A stretch of 64,000 nucleotides of DNA, taken from contig JASANG010002430.1 in assembly GCA_030248215.1 (NCBI GenBank), positions 62,001 to 126,000 on the forward strand, written 5' to 3'. The translations under genes and the position numbers were made by a program. The notes under the pieces were generated by a model. The model was not told the origin of the DNA. It worked only from the letters and a program-made list of their open reading frames with translations, and did no database searches. This document shows, piece after piece, positions 53,852-64,000 of this stretch; positions within the stretch are counted from its first letter, which is position 1; the number at the start of each line of letters is the position of its first letter. This DNA is from Enoplolaimus lenunculus. Taxonomy: Eukaryota.

Positions 53852-54184
53852 GGAGATGCGGGTTATACGGCGCAGTGGTACAACGTTCGGTTAAGGATCC
53901 GTAGGATTAAAGTTGATTCCAGCTGCGTGGCCTGCTTTCTGTAAGGTTGCGCGGTATTATGGGCAGTGTATGTAAGTGTTATGTAAGTCAAAGTAATTGA
54001 AACAATTGTCCACGGCTGGATTCGAACCAGCGACGTTTAAGGCGAAGTTTCGAATACATAAATGATTATGAATAATTTAACACAAAATCGTAAAAATTCC
54101 GGTTCATGTATCTTTCAGTGTAATTCTGTTTTTCGAATTGCTTAGTTAAAACGTCTGAAGTCCCGTTTCCTACCTAGACTGACA
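53852..54184 (+). mobile_element. Partial or solo tRNA-LTR interrupted by a ~190-bp insertion
   Basis: GGCGCAGTGGTAC...TTAAGGATCCGTAGG matches the 38984 LTRs; the match resumes with GCTTAG...GTCCCGTTTCCTACCTAGACTGACA. Confidence 0.65.
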
Positions 54185-55848
54185 TACTCGACGAAGTTTT
54201 GCCATTAAGTATCATTTTTTCTTCACATTATTCGACCCTTGAAACGCTGCCTACGCAAACTGTTCATCACTGCATACATGTTGTTGGTGCCCTCCCCCCG
54301 TAATTTAACAAATTTCAGTTATTGCACAAAATGCATAAAACCTAGGCGACAATTTAAATGAACTGTTTTCTGCTTATATACCGGTTGAAACTAGCTTCCG
54401 AGAAACGATCGTCAGTTTCATAAAGTGTCAAGTGGGAAAATCGACAACGCAAATATTCTGGTGAGTGTTTCCTGTTTATTTCTTGTAGTATAAAGTATAT
54501 ACCATTATTAAACTTAGCCAATAGTACGGCCGCGTGAGACGCCCAGCAATTCCAGAACTGGGAGCCGCGGTATCCTACCGCCATGGATCGACCGGATAAT
54601 TAATTTACCGGATAATGAATCCGGAGCCAGATAATAAATTATTTACCGAAACCGGATGTTAGCCGGATATAGGATCTAAATTTGCGCACTGTTGGTAGTT
54701 TTTAATTCGTGCAAAAATATTTTTTAGTGGTTTAAATTTTATTGTTGGCTTGCATATTTCATTTCACGTCGGTGTTACTTTTTGACTATTCCAGAAATTT
54801 CGACGCGGTAAACATCTAGAATGTATTATTTTCACATTTGAAAAGCATTGTTATTATATTGTTATTACAAGCACAAATGTCCAATATCCGGTAGTTTACT
54901 TACACCTGATATTGAAACCGGATATGGATGTCAATTTTTGTCGCATAGTAAACCCGAACCCGGTCGATACCTGCATACTGCAGCCGGATATTATATGTAA
55001 ACGCATATTTTAAAGAAGAGTAACTTACTTGTAAAATAAATATAATGAAATAACTAGCTGTGCCATACATCTGTAGTTTTTATACTCTGACGGTTACAAG
55101 TGTTTTAAGCTTGCTGTCGATTTGTTGCAGCAAAGGGATAATATGTTGTTTTGGGCGCCTAACAGTGCATTTACGTAGAGATATATAATTTTTCTCTAAT
55201 GTGACTTTTAAGGAACCGTTTCCAAAGCAATAACTGCTTATTATACGTACATATTGTACAACCGGTAAAGTTTTAACGTAATGTTTTTATGGTAAATTCT
55301 GCAACAACTACTGTTAATATATAATTTCATAACATCTTTCTGTAACAATATGAAAAATGTTGATTTTCCATGCACTTATAAAGTTACCAGTTAACTTTAA
55401 TCTCCGTGTACGTGCTTTGCGCATTTTGAAAAATGACACGTGTTGTCATTGTCACAGTTTAAGAGTTTATGCCGGTTGTCTATCGTGGCATATGAGAGCT
55501 AAAATTGTCTATCGTTTCGAAATAGCTTGTTTATTTCCAGCTTGCTTGTATGTGACTTACGTACTATGTTGCGTACGAATAGCACGCTCACCTACTGCTA
55601 AGCAAAATGACCGTCTTTTAATGCTTTATGAGTTTTTTCATCTTGCTATCTCCTGTTGTACTAATACTAACGCGCTTAATCTTAAATTAATTCTATATTA
55701 TATGCAATCATATGTAATATGTATGAGCAACTAATCGAGTATAAATTTGGTTCCACTTCGCTATTTTAACGTTAAGTGTTATATGCCACGTCTATACGTT
55801 AATTTGTATCTGAAGTGAGATGCTGACTTGTATTATAGGCCCCTGTGA

Positions 55849-58800
55849 ATGCCTTTTTCTTCTCCTCAGCCTGAGTCAAAAATTGTTTATCATCATCATA
55901 ACAGCGAAGAAGGACGGCGTTTGTATCAACGGCACTCACTTGAGCAACCACAGCGTGATAGTTATTTTTCATCATCTTATGAAAGTTATTACGATGCAGT
56001 TCCATTTGAATCTGATCCAAATTTTAATCGGCCATATCCTTTAAGATATTCGTCAGACGGTCAACGACAACAACAACAACAACGGCGTAGTCATCGAGCT
56101 GAACGTGGAGGACCGAATAGTCAACCGCGAATAAGATCGAGATCCGATACACATTTTAGTAGTGAACCTAGTGATCATAGACGTCATCGACAACACGGGA
56201 GTAGTAGTGGTAGATCGCCATATTCAGAAGGTGCTACAAAAAATCGCTCAGCGTCGCGGCCGGCACAATATTACGGTTCGTCTGGTGATAGAATCGTACG
56301 GTCAAGTAGAGATTTTTTCGGCGAACACGAAAACGAGGCAGTATTCGCGGCAGAGAGACGGCGTCGTCGTGTTGCAGGCAGTGGAGGAACTGGCACTACT
56401 GGATCACATCACACTGGTGTCAGGGAAAGACGTCATCTACAATCATTATCGCATGGTGATTATTATTCAGCGTCTCAATCGCAGTACGGTAATTCATCTG
56501 GTGCTCGACGCGGTACAGTTGCGAGACGACGGGGACCACACCATTGTTCATCGTCTGTAAGTATGCCGCATGCCATTGATATTCCAACGGTTGTATCGTC
56601 TGCTGGTGGCGTAGCAGCTGGTCTACCTCGTGATCGACATCAACAAGGGTCATTTTTGTCAAATAGCTATACTCCTGGGGTAAATGCTGGTACTGAGTAT
56701 TTTTCATCGCGGCAAATTAATGGGCCTGCTGCCGGGGTTGTTGCCGGTTTCTCAGGCGCAGTTGATAACCCACTTGACTATTTAGACGTACCTGGTAACC
56801 CGTTGGTGACTGGTGCAGGCTCAGGTGTTTCGAGAAGGTCGTTATCGGCTGGTTCGCGAACAGGCCGAATGCTTCGGCGCCAGCATCGGTCCCTCGAGTC
56901 GGATAATCCGCCTGGATTTGGACCACCAGGCGTTGCCCAACAACATAGCACCACTGGATCCGGTGGTCTAGTGGATCCTACGTTGGGCGACGCTGGTGGA
57001 CCAATTGATCAACCTGGCGGGCCGTCTAGTGATTATTTTCCTTCGTCTCGACGCGCTGTGTCCGTTGGATTCGCTGATCAATTACCTCAACATCATCAAC
57101 AGCAGCAACAACCATCGCTTACTTACCTGGCGAGAAACCAAGGAGACCTAGTTGCTTTGCCGCATGGGGCCACAGGAATGTTAGGCAGTACGGTATATCC
57201 GACTGTATCGGTCGGCGGTTCTGTCACACCTTTTACACCATTTAGCGGACAAGTACTATTTACTAGCCCAACGTATGGTAGCACTAGTGGGGCTGCCTTT
57301 TCGCAGCAGCATCGATTACCGCAAGTTATAGCATCAAGTGGCATTGACCTAAATGAATTGAGTGTTCAACAGCAGCGGCAACAACAGCAGCAGTTACTAC
57401 AACAGCAGCAACATTTGCAGCAACAATTACATTCTCAAAATTTACCACAATCATCAGTCGCAACTGGTCAGTACGTAATCCCAGTGAGTGCTGTTGGTTC
57501 TGTTGCTGGATTGAAATTGACGTCTTTCCAACACGTGAATCCAAATATGGTGTTTTCGACGATTTCTGGTTCGGGGTCCGGAGCAGGAGGTTTCATGACA
57601 ACTAATGCAAATACTGGCTCTGCTTATAGTCAGCCTACAGCTGCGTTCAGTGGCACTGGGCCTTCAGTTAGCTATTCTCAGTATCCGTTGTCAGGTACCG
57701 TTGGCGTACCGGCGACTGTACAACATCCATTGCTTAGTAGTATCATTGGACAGCTAGACACACAGTCAATGTATCATAATACTTCAACGGCGAATTCATT
57801 AATCGGAGGTAATCTGCAAAATATGCATCCAGGTGTTGTAAGATCAACAAATAATACTCGCTCATTGCTAGGCCAGCCTTCAGGAATAACGCTTGGCCCA
57901 GGTGGTGCCATGTTATCGGTTGCAGGATCGACGGCGGCTCCAGTAATCTCTGGCTTGAGTACGTTTTCTGGCAGTGGTGTTCAGGGAATTTCTGGAGGTT
58001 ATCAGCCTGGTGTTGGCATGCTCACCGGTGGCTTAGCACTGTCAGGACAATCTGGTCAGTATTCTGGTTTAATAGGTGAGGATTTATTGGTGTGAAAAAT
58101 AATTATTTGCTTATTTACGTATGCTTGCTGTTGCTGCTATTTGTGCTAGACTGACCCTTGAAGCCGTATTTTCAATAGTTTCTTTTTTAGATTGTCTTGT
58201 ATATCTCCTTGAATTTCGACACCTGTAGAGCTGCACCCGTTTCGGGTATTCCGGATACGTATTCTCGCCGAAAACTGCTGGGTCCGGATATTTGCTTTTA
58301 TATGTTGCAACTCCATAAAGCGTTCGTCTTTTTTGTTATGTTTTAACTCTAAAATGCTGGCTTCTCCACAGCGGGGGGCCCCCAGCACTTTTCGAAATTT
58401 TCATTTTTCCCCCGGCGAAAATTTTGCCGCCCCCAGGAAAGGCCCCCCGGCGAATTTTCGGCCGCCCCCCAGCAAAATGCCCGCCAGCAAATTTTTTTGC
58501 TTTTTTAAGCCAAAAATTTTCAATGTTAAAACATAAAGACCAGGACTTTTTTTGAGGCGGACATGCGGCAAAATGTGATTTTATATTACGCTGAGTACTC
58601 ATAATTTTTTAATAGCGTTACAAATACCGGTAGCAACTAGTACAATTCAATAATGAACTGAAAAAAGCACAATTATATAAAGACCGTTTCAGGGCATACA
58701 GCATTCGAAAGTACCTTGCAGCAACAAGTTCAACCCGCCTGAGCCTTATGATAAACTGAAGCTGTGACTAATATATAAAATATATGTTAATCACAGTTTC

Positions 58801-61800
58801 AATTATAGATTATCTATATTTTATATAATTGTGCTTCTTTCAACTTCTGGTAAAGTTGTCAGTAATATTAGTTAAAATTATTGTTATTAGCGTTTGCGGG
58901 GAAGTTTTGTCATGTTGAGCGATGAGTTATCTTCAGTTGAGTTGGAAACACGATCTAGAATAAAAAAATGGTCCAAAAAGTCGGCTTGCAAAATTTTAAG
59001 CTGGCCCCCCAGGACCCCCCAGATCTTCTGGTGGGGCCCCCCAGGAAAACTGCCCCCCAGCAAAATTAGCTGCTGCCCAGGAAACTCCTGGGGGCCCCCC
59101 AGGAAACGCCTCCCGGCGGAAATTTTCAAGCTGTGGAGAAGCCAGAAATGTATATATCTTTGGCAGAGTGCAGCTGGATTCCGGTCCCGGCATTTTTTCA
59201 CCTTCCGGTTTCCGTAATTTTTACCGGAATTAAAAATTCCGGTATTAAATTTTGATCGGCGGAAATTAAGATATTTTATAAATAAATGACGATAAACATT
59301 AAATAGATTTCATTAGTATAGCATGTAAACCTTGACAATTCCGTGGATTATGAAAATTTAAAATGCAGCAGATAAAGTGAGTATATACCTAATTTTAACT
59401 AGGGTTACTTCACAAATAATATTGCAAAAAAATAAAATGAATTTTTCTGTGGCTTGTATTTTTCATTTTCCGGTTTCGTTTCCAATAATTGTTCAAATTC
59501 CGGTTCATGTTCCGGTAAATTGTAATTCCGGTTGCACCGTGATCTTTGGCTTCTAATTTGCTAGCAAACACGGCACCAAACAAGTGCAGATATCAGCAGA
59601 GCGGATTGATTTTGGTGAAAATGTGGAGCTGGATGTCTCCCTATTAACCTTTGCGTTTATTTTAAAATTGCGGAAAAATTCGTCGGGCAGTTTCTTCCGT
59701 TCCCCATGGCTACGCTCCTGTAATAGGATATAGTATCTAAATAAGCATTGTGCACCTATCATAGTGTTTGATTCGCTAAAAAGCACATATTTGGTTATTG
59801 ATTTTTTATTTGGGTCCAGTGAGAAAAACGTAAGCTGCTTGCCTCGCGCCAAGAAATTCGATCACTGCAAAATTTCATGTGAATGTACGTAACCGGATTT
59901 TATTAGAGCTAGAGCTGTATATAATTTGGCTATTTGGCACATAAATACAGTCCCTCGCAGCGTTCAGCATACCCACGATTAGATTACATATAGTTGATTT
60001 GTCAGCAATATTATGTACGTTAGTCGAAATTGAGTAGTACGTACTTTTGGTCGTTTAGTTCAAAATGCTTGGGGCCTCTCTAATAGCAGCCAGTAGTAGC
60101 AATCTGTGCCAGTGTTCATTAGCTTGGCACCGTTTTCTGTTTTTGTGTTTCAAACGGCATGTTATGTTTATAAGCAGGGTGCAACCGGAATTCCGGTTCC
60201 GGTGTTCTGTGACCTTCCGGTTTCGGTTATTTTTTTACGAGAATTACATTAAAATTCCGGTATTAAATTTTGGTCGTTGAAAATTAAGATATTTTACTAA
60301 AAAATGACGATAACAACTAAATAGATTTCATTCGTATAGTATATAAACCTTGACAATCGCCACAAATAAACCATCGAAGGTAGATTGCTCTTCCGTGGAT
60401 TTTGAAAATCTAAAATACAATCAAATAAAATGAATACCTATCTCCAACGACGGTTTACAAAAAAGAAAACTAAAATGAGTTTTTCATTAGCATCTATTTT
60501 TCATTTTCCGGTTATGTTTCCGGTAATTTTTTCAAATTCCGATTCCGGTAAATTGTAATCCCAGTTGCTTCCTGTTCATAAGCATTATTGGGACAGATCA
60601 GTTCAGTCAGCCGCCACCAATGGTGTTTGTTGCCTCATCTTGAAAATAGCTATATATGTCTATAGTAAAACAACAACAGTGGGGTCGCGACATTGTGCTA
60701 ATAAGCTACTAAGCTATTGTGTTTAGGTTTTTTATTTCAAAATGGCAGCATAATCCGTTCCGTAATGAGCTTGACGACTGTTTTGTCTCACTATATTATG
60801 GATTCTCTGTTTCGGATAAATTTAGGGGAACGCGAGATGAACACAGTGCCGCAAACGGGAGGAATGGCAGGGTCACAGGGTGCGAAGTGAAACTGTATTA
60901 TATTGTAAGCGGAATAGCAAATATTTACCGGAATTGGCATCGTAACTACAAATTTTGTAACTATGCGAGTGACTTGCATTAACAAATATATACGTAATAT
61001 TGATTTAGAGTGTCTGTAGACTGGGAACAATGTTAAACGACACACGAACAAATTTGAGATGATTTTTTGTTCTGTAAAGCTAAACTACAATCAATTGTTA
61101 TTTTAAAAGCAAATGATACAAAATTTTTAAGCAGCATGTCGCAACAAGTAGGAGTAAAATTATAATTTAAAAATTCCGAATTGGATTGATTGTGCAAACG
61201 ACATCGGAATCGGAACTCGTTTTCAATCGTAATTTTAATCGGAATTCAGGTTGCGACCAGGGCACGGGTATTCTGTCACTATGTCAGAGCATTAGTGGCT
61301 TATGGTGTGCGTTTTTGGTTTGTGCTTGGTATATATATTACTTAATAATTTGGTTTTGATATATATATTGTGATCTTATAGTGTTTTATTTCACAAACGC
61401 TGTGACGTGACCGAAGTTTTGTTTTTGATCGGAATTTAAATTAAAATCGTTTTCTATTGAGAGTTCAGAACATAGTTAGATTGAGAATTAAATCAATCTT
61501 CGCTTGCTAAAGTTTTTTCGAGTTTAGCGTCCATTGTTTTTAAAAGTTTGCATTCAAACAGGAATAAGGTGTCCTCTGGAAAATCTGTTTAATCCTGGAT
61601 TTGCTTAAAATTGTCTTCAATGATATGTTTTATTGTTTTGTAACCATGTTTGTTTGTGTTTTGTAATACGTTCTAAATTTTGGGTGCAGGTTGCGACCGG
61701 ATACCTGGCTCCGGCAAAAAAATCGACATCGGCGTCTGCTATTTTAACTTGTCGTTTTTTAAATTAAAAAATTGAAACCATAATTTGTATTTATGCCAAC

Positions 61801-64000
61801 TATGGGGAGATTGACATTTACTGATTTTCAGCGTAAAAATATGTCAAACTAAGCCTATCCCTAAGCCAAAATAATTGTCTTAATTCTATGCCACCTCTAT
61901 TTTATAGCACCTGTGGAAAACTAATAGTACTTAAAAGTAACATGCGCAAACAACAGGGTGCAACCGGAATTCCGGTTCCGGTTCCGGCATTTTTTCACCT
62001 TCCGGTTCCGGTTCCGGTAAATTTTTACCGGATTTAAAAATTCCGGTATTATAATTTGGCCGTTTTCTTAACTTTGCTAATTTTTAAGCATCTCTTTTGA
62101 AAGCCACTTGTACTCCGAATATAAGCCATTAATGGTGGATTTCACTTCATTCGATGATGAAAATCTAAAATACAACGAATAAAATAAATACCTATGTTCG
62201 ACTAAGGTTATTTCACAAATAATAGAGCGAAAAATAAGATTAAAATGAAATTTTTGGTGAAATGCATTTTTCACTGTCCGGTTCCGGTAAAATTTTCAAA
62301 TTCCGGTTCCGGTTCCGGTAAATTGTAATTCCGGTTGCACCCTGGCAAACAAATATTGCAACTGAACACTACGCTACAAACCATAGAATACGTAGTAGAA
62401 TAGCGTCGTTGTTAAAGTGTTAAAAATATGTTTTGGTGTGACATGTTAAACTTTGTCACGACTTAGGATACCTTACCACAAGAAGAATATGGTTAGTTTA
62501 TATGCCGTTTGTATTATATTTGAATTAATTATCCGGCTCCGACAGTATTTGGTATCCGGTCGCACGCTGCTGGGGCGTATATGTGTGTTTTTGATTTACC
62601 CTAGTTTTAGATTTATACATGAATTTGTTCTGACATTTCTTACTGAAATATTTCATATTAGAATCAGAGATGGGCGGTCTCGGTTTCGGCGAGTGTCAAT
62701 CCGCACAGCTTAATTAGCACACAGTTTGCAAAGCGGAACTACTATATCGGTAACAGATCCAAAAATCGCGCTAAAGCGAACACAACAAAAGCACAACCAC
62801 CGTTTTTGATTAAAAATATAACAAATTTTGTTGAAAGCGTGCGTACTTTATACGCAAAATACAATGCGCCTTATAGTATTTCGATTCGAGTTTCAGTTGA
62901 ACGTGGACAATTATTATCCAATGCAGAATCGCATTGTGTTTTCATTGAATTCTAACCGGAACCGGAATTCAGTTTGTGTTCTGAAAGCATTCAATTTTGG
63001 CAAGTAACAAGTGAATACGTGGCGTCAGTCTGTGACTAACCGGTGTTTCCTGTGGCACCACTATAATACAACCTTGTTTATTTTGTCGAGTGTTTAGAGT
63101 TAGTAGGTAACATTAGTTGTATTGCCTGTTTATAAAATATTTATTGGCTTAGTTAGAGTAGTATATATAGATATAATCAAGTATTTAGCGGTTAACAATA
63201 TATACGTGTTGGTTTAGATGTAGGTATGTAGACTTTGTATTCTTAACAGCTATTAGTGTATAATGTGATTTTGCTACTAATACGTATACATTCATATATA
63301 AGTACTGTATAAGGGCGAGGCCAAGGTGGCTAGGGGTAAACTCTCTATTTTAGGATTTTTGTCCGCTGATTTAAAGAAAGTTTTTCAGTTGGTAGCACAA
63401 GAAACGGCACTTCGAAATTTTTCTAGAATGCAACCCGTTTGCAAAATTTGCGCTGTGGCTCTGTTGGCATAGTAGGGTCTTAATATACTTGTCCTGTGCA
63501 TTTTTGACATGGTAAGACCTTGAGTGAAAAGTTAAGTCTTTGTTCACTTACTTGATAAAGATATCAGTTACTTTGAAAGGTGTTTTACTAGTTATGTTCG
63601 AATCTTAAGATTGAAATTGATTGGCTAGAGCGTCTGCGTATAAAGCCACATCTCGTGAAAGACTAAGTTGTAATTAATAAACATAAAGCTTAAGGATTTC
63701 GAATAATCTCATAGGGTTATAATTTTTGATTTCGTGCAAGAATATATGGCAATGCAATGCGACTTGTTTTGTTTTTAGGGTCTATGATCCCTGCGTTTTC
63801 CTCAGTGCCGGTATCAGTTCATACCGATCCAACGTACTCAGTTGCGTCGTCCACTGGCGGTTCAGGACTGTCAACGGCGTCGATCGGTCCTGTTGGTACT
63901 CTAGGGCCTGCGCCTTCGGGCCCCACATTTCCAACCGGTCTACAGCTCGGCCCAGCAGTAATCTCTAGCACAGGCGGTATAGGCGTACCCGGTACAAATT
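55849..64000 (+). CDS. Large intrinsically disordered S/G/Q/R-rich protein, partial (exons 55849-58075 and 63779 to past the window end)
   Basis: A 2.2-kb open exon ends at the donor AG|GTGAG (phase 1). The acceptor TTTTAG at 63778 continues in frame (GSMIPAFSSVPVSVHTDPT...) and stays open to the window end with the same composition. No recognisable domain. Confidence 0.75.
58357..59145 (-). mobile_element. Family C transposon, second copy
   Basis: TIR CTGGCTTCTCCACAGC, 5-bp TSD AAATG; reverse complement of 16651-17443. Confidence 0.88.
59164..59541. mobile_element. hAT-type MITE (family B)
   Basis: 8-bp TSD ATCTTTGG. Confidence 0.82.
60175..60574. mobile_element. hAT-type MITE (family B)
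   Basis: TSD TTTATAAG / TTCATAAG. Confidence 0.8.
61954..62344. mobile_element. hAT-type MITE (family B)
   Basis: Perfect TIRs CAGGGTGCAACCGGAATT; 8-bp TSD GCAAACAA. Confidence 0.9.

Overview
Eukaryotic, intron-rich, AT-rich genomic DNA, most likely from a nematode (TTTCAG-type 3' splice sites, dispersed TTAGGC telomere-like motifs; taxonomy is inferred). I reconstructed six protein-coding loci by eye: a 2-exon N-acylated globin-fold protein that apparently lacks the proximal His, a ~23-exon gamma-tubulin complex component 3 (TUBGCP3), an intronless GLUT-like MFS sugar transporter, a 15-exon Rab escort protein (REP1/CHM), a 3-exon NIP7, and the 5' part of a large low-complexity protein that runs off the window. 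Introns and intergenic DNA are packed with non-autonomous DNA transposons (hAT-, Tc1/mariner-, PIF- and Helentron-like, plus an unclassified family with 5-bp TSDs), satellites, a near-perfect 809-bp tandem duplication and a 5'-truncated RNase H-bearing LINE inside an (AAC)n microsatellite. The most notable element is a family of miniature LTR retrotransposons (38984-39604, 52129-52702, fragment 53852-54184). Their LTRs each contain a tRNA-like Pol III gene followed by a T-run, and their primer-binding site matches the acceptor stem of that same tRNA-like module, which raises the possibility that the element encodes its own RT primer. Most short ORFs in the supplied track are spurious. Exon boundaries and family assignments were made by eye, without database searches.
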